A DNA stretch of 63,591 nucleotides, the filler included, from Rhabdomonas costata (lineage: Eukaryota): the NCBI GenBank assembly GCA_019059605.1. It is 55 parts of 55 records of this genome, joined end to end, with 100 filler letters (N's around TTAATTAATTAA, not from the genome) between each part and the next. Parts side by side here need not be neighbours in the genome. Positions count along the whole stretch, not along the records: positions 34,744 to 35,801 come from JAHMHO010030884.1; positions 35,902 to 36,959 come from JAHMHO010030885.1; positions 37,060 to 38,117 come from JAHMHO010030886.1; positions 38,218 to 39,276 come from JAHMHO010030887.1; positions 39,377 to 40,433 come from JAHMHO010030888.1; positions 40,534 to 41,591 come from JAHMHO010030889.1; positions 41,692 to 42,749 come from JAHMHO010030890.1; positions 42,850 to 43,905 come from JAHMHO010030891.1; 47 more parts are not named here. One strand, given 5' to 3'. Within the stretch, counting starts at the first letter, position 1. Each line of letters starts with the position of its first letter. The notes under the pieces are model-generated. The model was not told where the DNA came from and ran no database searches. It was given only the letters and a program-made list of their open reading frames with translations. Below are positions 34,996 through 47,553 of this stretch, in pieces. The translations under genes and the position numbers were made by a program.

Positions 34996-37198
34996 TTTCC
35001 GCAAGATGGCCCAAGATTCTAGGAGCTTTCACTTGTTGAACATACATGTGCGTGTTACCGCGGGTTGGGGTGGGGCATAACAGCACTTGATAGGGGGGCC
35101 ATAAATGCACGTATGCCTATTTCTTCAATTTCCAGAGAGCACTTAGCATATGCAAGGTCATGCAAAATTTTGAGTTGTAAAACTAAATCTTGAGTTGTAA
35201 AATGCAAAAAGTATTATCACCAGTGGCAAAGGGTAATGCAAAGCCTCCCCATCCGTTCAGTCCCGATGATCCGCATCTATACTGTGCTTGGAGGGATGTG
35301 ACCGAACCGCACATACAGTGTAAAGGATGTGGGACGCAGGGAATGATGCGATCATTCCCTAATCAACGACTTTATTTTATCCTGTCCACCCAGCACCATG
35401 CTCGCTTTCGATGCGCTGCGCACTTCCAATGCCCAAGCACCTAGGAGCACTGCAAACTAAACCCCGTTTACCTTAAAACCGAGTGTCTCGGCGATGCAAC
35501 GTCCAGGAAACTCGTCAGCTTCTCTGCGCATCGTTCGCAGCAAAAACCCAACACAAGGACAAGCCACCTCATTAATCCTCAACCAAAAAGCACATCAACC
35601 CCACGTTGAGGATATAAGGGAGAGAACAAGGTGAATCCAGCGGCAACCTCCAGCTGAACGTGAACTGCCTTGAACAGCAGCAGCACCCTTCGATCGTCGT
35701 CCGTAAAAAAAAAAGAGGAAGAAGTCCTCACACGGCGCCATATGACCGGTGCCGTGGGTCCGCACTGACGGAACCCCGAGGGGGATTTGGCACCCGCCGC
35801 TNNNNNNNNNNNNNNNNNNNNNNNNNNNNNNNNNNNNNNNNNNNNTTAATTAATTAANNNNNNNNNNNNNNNNNNNNNNNNNNNNNNNNNNNNNNNNNNN
35901 NTCGAAAAAAAAAAAAAAAAAAAAAGGAGGGGAGGGGGAGGTTGTGCCTGTGAGTTGAGGCGCAGTCTGAAAGCTATTTGGAGCTATTTGCAGTCTCATG
36001 TGAAATTCAGTTTTTATTTGTTCAAAAAAAACTGTAAAAAGAAACTAAAAGTTCTAGCCAAAAGTTTTTACAGAAGGATCCGTTCGCGTGGATCATACGT
36101 GACCAATAAACTAATTGTCGGACAATTTACAGCCAATTGCTTCAGTTGAGTCAAGTGGTTGAAAGCCCCACACATTGCCGAACCCTCCTTTTTGAGGCAC
36201 CGAAGATAATTTTTTTGCTGCCTTTTTTATATAAAATATTGCCGTGCTCGAAATCACACCCCTTCCTATCAAAGGATATTGGGTTCATTTCTTCCGCATG
36301 TCGTATGTCATGTGTCTTCCACTCTCGGGCAATGAATGTTCATCTGAACAAGAAAACGGGATGAGTGGGCTCTTAAACCCGCCGTGCGTTCCCTTAAACA
36401 GGTTTCCTTGAACACGCTTCTTTAACCACTCATGTTGCGTGCCCAGGAACAATTGTGGACCGCTTTGAGGGGGTCCTCGACGACATTATTTACAACGCCA
36501 ACGCCATGGACGTGGTGGAGTTCCGCAAGGCGGTATTTTTCTGTTGGGGCGGTTCGATTGTGCCATTGTTTGTGGCGGGGTGGAAAAGGCGACGAAAAAC
36601 GGTTGGCAGTGCTATGTTCATGTAATTTAATTCAATTCATGTAATTTATGTGTTGAGATTGAGGAGATTTTTCCACCAGGAATAGGAGAAAGTTCGGCGC
36701 CAGTGGAGAACCGGAGGGGGGGATAAGGAGAATGTTAACTGGAGCAACTTGAGATGTTATAGAGTGCTACTGGCAACTTCATACTTAGTACATTTGTGTG
36801 TGAAGGTGCCAAAGGAAGGAGTGGGAATTCAGTCCCAACGTCCCACCACCACCACCACCACTACAACCAGTTAGGCATACGCCATTAGTAAAGCCTGTTA
36901 CAGGCCCAACTGAATTGCTTAGTTAACTGTTGCGCGTGTTTGTCTGAAGAACCACACAANNNNNNNNNNNNNNNNNNNNNNNNNNNNNNNNNNNNNNNNN
37001 NNNTTAATTAATTAANNNNNNNNNNNNNNNNNNNNNNNNNNNNNNNNNNNNNNNNNNNNCGGAAGTAACGTGTTTGTTTAGAGGGAAAAAGAGAATGAAA
37101 GGAACGGGAAGGAAAAAGGAAAGGAAAGTGAAAAACAAAACAGAGGAGAGAGGAGGAGCGGGCCCGTCCGCGGGCATTGTCGCTCTTCCTTCCTCAGA

Positions 37199-37838
37199 TT
37201 ACGGCATCAGCTGGTCTCTGTTCAGGTGCAGGCGCTCCTCGATATGCCCGCGGAGCTGATCGTCAATTCTGGTGTTGGCAATGTTGATGTCCACGATGCG
37301 GGGGTTCCTCTGGGCCAGGTAGTGCAGCACCGTGCCTGCAAGCCCCCCCAGGTCTCCTACTCGGTACATACTACGGCTTGTAGGCAACAGATACAGAACG
37401 CTCACTGAGGTGCATCGTGAAAAAAGCCCGGCATGGATACTGGGAAGGACGCGAAGCACCGCAGCACGAACCGTGTGATTTTGGTGGGCAACAGGTGGCG
37501 GAGAGCTATTTGCCTGGGCCCGCGGGGATAGAGGACGCACAAGATAAAAAAGGAAGAGCGGTCCAGAGACACGGGCGGTTCCGGCCTGAGGAATGCAAGA
37601 ACGGCTTCAACATTACCCAATCGCGTGAGCATGCACACACACACACACACACACACACCTGCGGCGTTGGTAATTCGATTGTCGCTGAGGTCCAGCGAGG
37701 TGAGCCCGGGGTGCTCTAGGGCCAAGTGGACGATCCACTCCACCCCAGTGTTCTTAATGCCGTTGCCCACCACGCTGAATGTCTTCATCGTCGGGTTCAG
37801 CCGCACCACCTCCAGCAGAGGAAGCAACCCCCGGTTCC
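37199..37838 (-). CDS. Leucine-rich repeat (RI-like) protein, last two exons
   Basis: Exons 37838-37659 and 37335-37199 (TAA); GT-AG intron 37658-37336 begins with (GT)n. LTSLDLSDNRITNAAG|TVLHYL..IVDINIANTRI. Confidence 0.85.
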
Positions 37839-38317
37839 CTGCGCACCACACAACAAGCATTAGAAGGGCCAAAAAAGAGGAGGAAAAGAGGAACGTTATT
37901 GACCAATTATTCAAAGTACTCAGTAATGCCCAGCTTCAAGAGTCCTCCACAGATAACAGCGGAAGAAAGGAAAAAGGAAGGAGGTAGGTTCTCACCGTAA
38001 AATGGGGTGACATTGGAACAGGGCAGCACACTCCCTGAGAAGCTGCTCAGACATCCATTCAGCCACGCTGCCACGCTGACGGCAGTGGCTTACCCAACCA
38101 CAGTTTAACGACCCCCCNNNNNNNNNNNNNNNNNNNNNNNNNNNNNNNNNNNNNNNNNNNNTTAATTAATTAANNNNNNNNNNNNNNNNNNNNNNNNNNN
38201 NNNNNNNNNNNNNNNNNGTGTTGGGTGTGGTTGGTTTTGTTGGGTGACCGGCTAACCACGACCCTGGGCGCGTTAATAGGCCACTTGAGAGGAAGATGCG
38301 TATTCCGGTCGCACACA

Positions 38318-38351
<34 letters not shown>

Positions 38352-39385
38352 GAGAGAGAGAGAGCGTATGGTTGCCTGCAATTGAATCAATCAATTGAAA
38401 ACAAACGAGCACACACAGAGGGAGAGATCGACTCTTCGCTTCTGTGGTCGGCGGATGAATTTTTCCCAGGTGACCACAACCACGCTCCCTCCCTTCTTTA
38501 GCGGGATGGCACAGAAGTGCAGTGGTAGGACAGCTGCAGCATGTTCACCAGGTGGGCATTGGGAGTCTTCCACTTCACCCCACACAGTGAGCATAGCAGG
38601 TGGTCCACCCCCTGGGAGAGCAGAAATGGCGACGAACCCCCGGACTCCTCTCCTACCCCAAAAACGAAAAAAAACGACAGATATCTGTTAAACCTCCAAA
38701 CAAGGCTGCTCCGTGGCGGTGTGAAGAGCTGACTCGGAGGCTTTTCTCGCGCTCGAGTCTGGACTTCGATATGGCACCATTTTCTGTGCTGGTCAGTTAA
38801 GAGTTTGTGGTGGGTCATCATTTCGTACATTTCCTTTTTTTTGTCACATCGCTTATCAGCGCCCCCCAGGGGTTTGCACAGGGTTTCGACACGACCCCTC
38901 ACGGCGTGGGGAATGATTCCGATTCAGTCCTCAGACCATGGAAAGCTTCCTCCCGAGACGCCGAATTTGGTGTGTTACGAGTTTTCCATGGAACCCCTGG
39001 AAACGCCCCAATGGGTTTCCTCACAGTGCACAAGGCGTTTTTCATTCGCTCTGGAATGCCCAGGGCTGAGCAGCATGGGCTCTGAGTTTATGTAACCCAA
39101 TTACCAAAATAACAGAAACCAAAAAAGGCGGATGCACACACTCACATGCTCACATACACAGGCACATGCCTTCTTTGTCCGAAGGCGTCTCCAATGCGCC
39201 AGGTGCGCGCACGACGCACCCACAGCCGCGGGGTCCACCCCCAGCCCCGCCGGCCAAACCCCAGGCACTCCCAAACNNNNNNNNNNNNNNNNNNNNNNNN
39301 NNNNNNNNNNNNNNNNNNNNTTAATTAATTAANNNNNNNNNNNNNNNNNNNNNNNNNNNNNNNNNNNNNNNNNNNNGTTGTTGGG

Positions 39386-39496
39386 GCCTTTAATATTCAC
39401 GAAAAAAGATTAGCTAACTGCACACTATTTATAATCTGTTTCATACATTATAAATAGTGTGCAGTTAGCTAATCTTTTTTGGTGAATATTAAAGGC
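39386..39496. repeat. 50-bp inverted repeat (1 mismatch) at contig start
   Basis: 39386-39435 pairs with 39447-39496; 11-nt loop; preceded by a G/T-only tag. Confidence 0.9.
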
Positions 39497-39760
39497 GCAA
39501 ACAAAAATTAAAGGTGAAATTGGAATGTGGGTAAGATATCTGTCAGTGCGACGTCGATAGAAAGATGCTCCGAACAAAGTGTTCCGCTTACGCCCCTCCC
39601 CATTTTCATCCTTAAATAGTGGGTGGACACCGAACTACTACTCTCCAAAGGGTTATTGTGGAGATTCAAATCCCGGTAACGAATATTGGAACAGTTTACA
39701 AATTTGTGTGCAAAATTTGGAAACAAATTTGAATCGCTGAAAATTCTAATTCTAATTCAC

Positions 39761-39800
39761 ATGCAAATGCAAATGCAAATTGCAAATTGCAAATTGCAAT
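39761..39800. repeat. (TGCAAA/TGCAAAT)n short tandem repeat
   Basis: atgcaaatgcaaatgcaaattgcaaattgcaaattgcaat. Confidence 0.85.
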
Positions 39801-40037
39801 GGAAATCAAATGCAAAACAGCAAACCACGCGCACGGAACAAGGAAGAGATGGCGCCGGTCTGATGGCACTAACGCACAGGGTCGCAGGCTCCTGCCAGCT
39901 CTCACTATTCCGACCTGCCCAACTTGCGGTCTTCGGGTTTCTCCTGTGTAACTTAGTTTGTTGACCAACTCCACAACACACGTCATGTGATTTGGCGCCC
40001 TTTTGTTTTGAAGGCTCGACTGATGCTTTGACTTGGC

Positions 40038-40151
40038 TCTCTCTTGAGGCTGTGGCCTATGTCTCTTCAAAGGGAATGTCCAGCGAAAAGCACCCCAAAG
40101 AATTCCCCGCTCCTAGCGCCCCAAAAGCACAGGCCACAGCCTCAAGAGAGA
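40038..40151. repeat. 21-bp perfect inverted repeat, internal to the contig
   Basis: 40038-40058 TCTCTCTTGAGGCTGTGGCCT pairs with 40131-40151 AGGCCACAGCCTCAAGAGAGA. Confidence 0.9.
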
Positions 40152-41160
40152 TCCGCAGCCACAGATGAAAGTAAACCAATAGTCTCTATTCTTTGCCCCG
40201 GATGCCAGCGCAACAAAGAATACAGCCACGGTTCCGCGCGGACCCCCTCAAGTAGCACACATGCACACAACAAGGCACTCTTAGTCCGTTCGCTTCGAGA
40301 CTCGATGGAAGGGCCCCTGCACAGGCACAGACCACTGCGCCCAAGCAACGCCGAAGGCATCGCTCAGAAGGCCCCCCACCCCAAAACGCGGGAATCCAGC
40401 GACACCCAAGGCCCGCAGCTCAAAACACCAAAANNNNNNNNNNNNNNNNNNNNNNNNNNNNNNNNNNNNNNNNNNNNTTAATTAATTAANNNNNNNNNNN
40501 NNNNNNNNNNNNNNNNNNNNNNNNNNNNNNNNNGGGGTGTGGGGGTCCCGGGTCCCCTTCGCTACACGAAATATCTTAAAATATCTTAAAATATCGGAAG
40601 TCTTCGCCGTTCGGCGTTCATCAGTCAATTCGGAATGGGAACTAAAACAATGTGGTTTGAACTTGTCTTCGGCGTCCCATCGTTGGAAAGCCTGGGATAA
40701 CCCTCGAGCATAGCTAGGTACCATATCGTTTTCTATGGTGGTTGCTCACCCGAAACAAAGAGCAAAGGGGGCGTAGGTATCAGCAGTTGAAGGCGAAGGA
40801 ATTTAAAAAAGAACCTTTTGATCACCCGCTTGGGTTAAAGGGGACAAAGATGCAGAACTATTTGCCTTTTTAGGATCGTTTATTCTGACTGCTGTCGTTT
40901 AATTTTCCGGAGCGCTCTGTCCCAAACTCTTCTTTCTTTGCTTTTTCTCTTTGTCTGCTCTTTAGGGGTGCCTCATTACCCGTTGTTGGGAGTGGGGCAG
41001 AAATTGCGTTGCATTTTGCAGTATTTCTTCTGGTCTGATAGGTGCCATTTTTTCCCCGGCTGTGTGCGCCTCTGGTCCGGTTTTACATTCCAATTGCATC
41101 ACCGCCCCCGTCTTTTGACCAATTTTTAGCCAGGTGATTGTGTTTTGGGGGGCTTCCGTT

Positions 41161-41380
41161 ATGGCGGACAATTTGCGTGTGGCGATCTTTGGGGTTGGCG
41201 CGATGGGGTGCCTTCTGGGCTGGAGGCTCGGCCCCCTCGCTGAGGTGACGTTATACGGCAGCCGGGGCTCTGCTCTTGTGAAGCGGCTGCAGCGCGAGCC
41301 ACTGGTGGTGTGGGAGGGCGAGAAACAGCATCGTGTCAGTCTCAAAGCCGCCTGGCGGGAAGAAGCAGTTCCCTCCGCAG
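41161..41380 (+). CDS. panE: Ketopantoate reductase (PanE/ApbA family), first exon
   Basis: MADNLRVAIFGVGAMGCLLGWRLGPLAEVTLYG shows the Rossmann GxGAMG.L....L....VTL pattern; donor gtttgc at 41381. Confidence 0.75.
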
Positions 41381-44005
41381 GTTTGCTCCACGACTCTCCC
41401 TGCTATCCATCCCCACCCCGCTGTCTTTTCTTACCCTATCCCATGCTCTCCTCTGCTTTTGTTCCCTACTTCCGCTGCACCTCTTTTCAGTTTTTCACTG
41501 CCTGCGAATCGCTGCTGTGTGAGCATTCGTAATGCGCGTGTACACACACATAAGCCGCGCGTGGTTGTTAGGAAAAATTAGCTGACCAACANNNNNNNNN
41601 NNNNNNNNNNNNNNNNNNNNNNNNNNNNNNNNNNNTTAATTAATTAANNNNNNNNNNNNNNNNNNNNNNNNNNNNNNNNNNNNNNNNNNNNTTTTTGGTG
41701 ATACATTGGGACTTATTTTTTAATTGAGCTGGTTTACTGGTTGCCATCGAAACCGGGGATAGAGGAAAGCTGGTAGAGTCAAAGGGCATGTTTGTTATAA
41801 ATGGCAACGCATCAGGCAGTCAAAATCACACACTCTACGCGGAATTGCCCAAGGGGTATCTTTTTTGAAGTAGAAGTGGCAAATTGATCACTTAACCACT
41901 CATGGTCGGGAAGCATGACCACACTGCCGATAAAGTAGTTTACCACTGGCCTGTGCTTTTCACTTCATAACGTGTAATTTTTAAGTTTTTTAAAATTTTT
42001 CATTGATTGCTTTTTTATTTAGGGTTTTCTGCCGCAATTTTGGCGTAAATATTGGGCAAATAACACCATCGGCCATACTATTTCTTGCCAACTTCTCCTT
42101 GTTTATCACCACATTTGCTTGTTTGCGCGACGTGACACAAACCAGCAAGATACCCACAACACCGCCCACATCTGGCACCACATGGTATACCGGTATGATT
42201 CCACAGCTTTGTGTGACCAATTTAACAGAGTGTTTTTATCTCATATTGCCATTGTTTGTAAAAGTGTTGGCTTCATCTGCGTGCCTGTTGCTCCGGTAGG
42301 TGTTGGACACGGAATGACATCGGAGCTCCATTCTTGTGTTATAGTCCGTTTTTAACAACGAGATTGTCCAGACGCCGCCAAAAAGCCTTGTTGCCGTTAC
42401 ATTAGTCCCGTGAATACGGAAATGTACTCTGAAAAAACACTGGAATTAGACCACCAAAAACCACATAAATTAGCACATGGAATAAGAAAAAGACTGTTAG
42501 AACTTCTTGATGTATTTGTGTGTGGAACCAGCTACACAGTAAGGCCAACGCCGACGCCCACAGCCACGTCCATTAGCTCTGCTGGTGAACTTCCCGCGAC
42601 AGCTCACTCGTAAACCTGTTTTTCAAACCACGTGTGCCTCAGAGCATCTAACTCTCTGGCGCTATGGAACCAACCAGCTTCCCCATCAGCGAGAATTCAA
42701 ATACTCAGATACGCTGAAGATGTTCGCCGTCGCCCATCCCCACCACACANNNNNNNNNNNNNNNNNNNNNNNNNNNNNNNNNNNNNNNNNNNNTTAATTA
42801 ATTAANNNNNNNNNNNNNNNNNNNNNNNNNNNNNNNNNNNNNNNNNNNNGTGGGAATCCGGAGATCAGGGGCGAAGCTCACGGGGGAGATGCTGGGAGGG
42901 AGCGCTGGCGTGGGGGTGAGTGCACTGCGAGGGGTGGGAAGAGCTCCTCGAGTTCCTACAGGAAAGTTGGAAGACCAATGAGATCGTTGCTCCCATCTGG
43001 AAATCCGACGCGGTTGCTAATTTGGAAGATCGTCAAACTTGCGCATCTCCCTCAAAACCCCAAGCAAGCAAAAAAGCTGAATCCTACGACGTGGTATAGA
43101 GATATATTAAGTACTTTGCACAAGGGGCGGCATTTAGGACCCGCCAAAGCGCACAAAAAGCCATTCAAAAACTGGCACCCTCACCATTCCGTTTTTGTTT
43201 TTCATCATGGGAAGTCGTTTTTATTGGGTTTCCCGAGGTTTCTTTGCCCTTTGTTCAAAAAGAGCAAGGTTAGTGAAGACAGAAAACAAGGAACCAACCA
43301 GAATCCTCCTCGTTGCTAACATAATTTCCCGGCGTTATTGGCACCACAGCTCAGCACCTAAACATATTTTCACGCGACATACCAGCATGACCTTTTGCAC
43401 ACCACGTCGGTCCCCCCCAAAAAGCACCACACCTGGGAAGTGCAGCGGTAGGGGACTTGGGATGGGCGTGTACGCGCCTGAAAGACGAACAAGCCCAGGG
43501 GTCGCCATGGGAAGTGTCGTGCAGAAGAATTCAAAAAGGTCCGAAACGAATCCGCTGAAGAGGATGTCAAGCTGCACCATTAGCCTGGCACCAATGCCAT
43601 GATTGCATTGATATATCAAATCCACACAAGGGCAAAATCAAAGGCAGTATTGGCACTGGTTATTATTTCAGAACGCAGGCCGCGTTTGAAACGAGCTAAG
43701 TCAATTAACACCCCGAACCTGAGAATATGGTCACTCTTCGAAAAAAACAAACGAAAGCTTTTTCCCTATACTCATGAAACTTGGTTCTGTCAAGCGCACT
43801 GAACGTTTGCGGTGTAACCTACATGACGCAATCAAGAGACTGCAAGCCCCATCCAAATCCCCATCCCCATCACTTAACCGATCGAGCCTCAGCGCCTTTT
43901 CAACANNNNNNNNNNNNNNNNNNNNNNNNNNNNNNNNNNNNNNNNNNNNTTAATTAATTAANNNNNNNNNNNNNNNNNNNNNNNNNNNNNNNNNNNNNNN
44001 NNNNN

Positions 44006-44153
44006 AGGGGCGGGCTTCGGTTAGGGGCTCACGGAGGCCGCCCGAGAGAAGGGCGCTGTCGAGCCAGAGGCTCTCGGTGTCCTCGGGGGGCTCGTCAGGG
44101 CGGTCCACGGGGGCGATCATGCGGCAGGCCAGGGTGACCGCGAGGAACTCCGC
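44006..44153 (-). CDS. Exon of an unknown protein (WLDSALLSGGL recalls giant HERC/HECT-type ligases)
   Basis: cag|AEFLAVTLACRMIAPVD..ESLWLDSALLSGGL; GC3-rich codons. The family assignment is weak. Confidence 0.4.
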
Positions 44154-45418
44154 CTGAAAGAGGGCCCGGGAGAAGGGGAAAAGGGTGGAAGTCAGAAGGA
44201 AGAGCATGGTAATGAATGCCGAGGAGTAAATAAAGTTAGAAGACAGATAGAGTCCGGCAGGAACCTCATAGACGGCTGCCGCGTCATTCTAGAGCGAGCA
44301 GAGCGAAAAGGGTAAAGAAAGTAAACATCGAAATGAAGGTTCACTCCTTAGAACCCCCGCGTTGTTCCTGGAGTGAGGGATTGACATGGAGTTGCGTGCT
44401 TCTTCATGTCTGTTATGTAGACACATGGAGAATGTGGGGCACACACACACATACACACACACACCCTTTAACACCCTTCAGACACAGCGTACGGTGTCTG
44501 TGCTGGCGTACTTTGCCGGTGCGGGTGTACGTGTGAACGGGGTGTTCTGACATGAGCAGAATCTAACGAGGTATTACCCCCCCTCCCACCACCTTCAGAA
44601 GCACTGTTCAGGCACTACTCAGGTAAGAGTACTGGCACTGTTCAAAAGTTGAACAGTGTGCGTGTTGGGCGCACTGCGCGCTGGCTGTTGTCTTAATTGA
44701 CAGTTGGTGACCACTGGGCTGACGGACGCACGCGCTGTTGGCCACGGGAGAGAGAGGTACCGTTGGAGCGAGTGACGCCATGGGCTCACCGCCGAACGTT
44801 CCCCATATGGTTACCTCCCTTCTGCCCGACGGGTCCCGGGCCTTTGTCGCGCAGCTGCTCTTTTCCAACGGCTACCTGCATTGCTCCATTGCTGCTCGGG
44901 TAAAAGTGAAATAGCGTGTGTGCGCGCTTGTGTGCGTGCGTGGGCCGGGGGGCACATACTACATTTAGGCTTCGTCCGCTGAACCACAGCGCGACGGGGT
45001 GCGTGGAGCAACACACCACAACCCAAGCCAAGGCTCACAACCCCCCCACCCACACCCACCACANNNNNNNNNNNNNNNNNNNNNNNNNNNNNNNNNNNNN
45101 NNNNNNNTTAATTAATTAANNNNNNNNNNNNNNNNNNNNNNNNNNNNNNNNNNNNNNNNNNNNAAATGTGTGTGTGTGTGTGTGTGTGTGTAGCCGGGGC
45201 ATAACCCCTGAGGATGACCAGAGTATAACCCCCGGAGAATACCTTTTATCGCATGTACCAGATAATTCTACCATACTCAACGTACCCAAGGTGTCAATTG
45301 AAGGCAGATTTAAGCAGATGTTTAGAAACAGCCCTTTTCCATTGAAGTTGCCGAGAAGACGAAAAGACAGATTACATATTCCTGAGTAATACAGATCCAT
45401 CCACGTTCGAGCGCTTAC

Positions 45419-45637
45419 CCGGAGAGCGTAGGCGTACAGGGCGGAGCTCAGCAGCGCCAGGCACAGCAGCTGGAAGCCCCAGCTCATGTTGGCCACCAGC
45501 AGCAGCCCCGCGAAGCCCACCCAGCTGCCCACCGTGGAACGCCCCACCTGCACCACCAGCAGGTGGGCCGGTGCCAGGCCCACCGACAGACGCCCCAGGC
45601 TGTCCTTCATCGAGCTCACCGTGACGTACGCCGGAAC
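45419..45637 (-). CDS. Membrane protein, internal exon
   Basis: tag|...|gtaag boundaries; two hydrophobic stretches (WVGFAGLLLVA, FQLLCLALLSSALYAYAL); GC3-rich. Confidence 0.6.
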
Positions 45638-46608
45638 CTATCATCCCCCACACCAAAGCGGAAAGGCATCCACCACGTGTTCATGGCCTGTTCAGTGGAC
45701 GAGTAGCTGCTCTCCTTCTCTTTCTCTACGAGTTTCCGACCGTCGATTTTCAGCTCTCTGTTGACACAATAATTGCTGGGGCGACGGGAAACGTTTTCTA
45801 GAGACAATCAGACAGGGAACAAGAAAGACCCGACGACATTCTTCTACTGCCACAGTGAAGGAAGGGAGGAAGGGGAGTGAGGGGTAAGCTCCTCTCCCTC
45901 GTTCCCTTGCATTCACCGAAAACTGATTTCGGCTGCTGCCGCCCAGACGCAGTATTGAAAGCATTCTGCTGGGGCACACCTTGAACTGCGTTTGAAAGAG
46001 CACAGCTCCGATAAAGGGAGTGAAGGAAGAGACATTTGCAATGACGACTGAAAAAAAAATATGTGCGGATCGTCCCTCAAGGCCGTTCCCTCGAGCAGTG
46101 GAAGTTGGGAAGTTGAGAGAAGCACACGCGCAGACAAACATATGCAACCATTCGAGGGATCTCCTCGGGCAGCACCAAGGGACCAACCGTCCCCGGAAGG
46201 GCTCTCGGGGCCCCCACCCCCNNNNNNNNNNNNNNNNNNNNNNNNNNNNNNNNNNNNNNNNNNNNTTAATTAATTAANNNNNNNNNNNNNNNNNNNNNNN
46301 NNNNNNNNNNNNNNNNNNNNNGGGTTGGTTGTGCAAGCAAACTCGTTGCTTTTGAACGAAAATAAGGGATAAATTTGGTTCAAGACATATATTTGATGCA
46401 GCCAGAATCCTAGAAGGATTCTGAACACTGCGTCAGTAAAAGTTTGCAGAATTGTTGAAGCGATGTGGACACAAAGGCAAACAGGTAGGTACTCCACATG
46501 CAAATCTCCTCTCTCCCCAAGAACAGAATAGGACAGAAATATGCAAAGGAGGAAGTGCTGTCAGGTGGAGGGGAGGGGTACAGTGAAGCGCTTGACAAGA
46601 GGCTGGAC

Positions 46609-47066
46609 CTGACAAAGTGGTAGCCCGACTTTGTCGTGGCTGCGTCTAAGCAGATGTTCGCCAGAAGCGTGGAGTAGAACTTCGTCGTGGTGTCAAATCC
46701 AAAAGTCATCTCTAGGTCGTTGCTCCTGGCGAGAACACGGTGCAAGTGGTAAAGTGGCAAAGCTGACTTGATGAGAGTGTCTGAAAAGCTGAATTTTCGG
46801 CCTGAGATGCAAAAAGAAAATGATCGAACGAATCCCTGCCAGAATTCAAAGCATCGAGGCAGAAGGCTACATTGTAATTTTTCTGCGATGGCTACTTTAT
46901 CGTCTCATTCAAGCGCGCACGACCTTACCGTCCCTTTGAAGTGTTTGCCTGCGTGTGCGGGTGTATTAGAGACCAGTGAAGGCATACCTCATGTCCGCTT
47001 CAATGGACTTCGGCACTCCCACCACACAGCAACGCACGCCATTCTCCTCGAAGAACTCCGAGAGAC
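46609..47066 (-). CDS. PPi-dependent phosphofructokinase (long/PFP clade), 2 exons, with a divergent catalytic motif
   Basis: Exons 47066-46988 and 46725-46609; GT-AG intron 46987-46726. LSEFFEENGVRCCVVGVPKSIEADMR|SNDLEMTFGFDTTTKFYSTLLANICLDAATTKSGYHFVR, versus PFP VIGVPKTIDGDLK..IE.SFGFDTA.K.YSELIGNI..DA.S..KYYHFVR. Confidence 0.9.
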
Positions 47067-47553
47067 CTGCCGCGCTGGTGTTGCTGCACCACCACCGCAA
47101 ACACATGAGTGTCACATGACCACATCTCTTTCTCCTTATCTTCCTTCATCGGTGAAGAGATGGATAACCAGCCCCATCCTCCACAAAAAAGACAGCCTTT
47201 CCTTTTCTTCTTAGCACCACACAAGCTTCATTGTATTTTTCTACCCATCTTCAATTCGCACACATTTGCTTTTGTGCATTCTGCCTTCTCGTCTCCTTCT
47301 CTCTCCGCCTCTCCATCCGTGTGCTGGCCCCTGCGCAGTTCCGTGTACCTTATTTTGCGTGGCGGAGTATATAGCTATGNNNNNNNNNNNNNNNNNNNNN
47401 NNNNNNNNNNNNNNNNNNNNNNNTTAATTAATTAANNNNNNNNNNNNNNNNNNNNNNNNNNNNNNNNNNNNNNNNNNNNTTGTATAACATCGGCCTCGAT
47501 TCCGTTGTCATTCTCCCTTTCCATTCTTTCCTTTCCTTTCCCCTGAACCGCAG

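Noticed and set aside
41692-42749. Lower-GC contig as a viral or transposon gene
   Set aside because: The frames are broken by stops and no motif was recognised.
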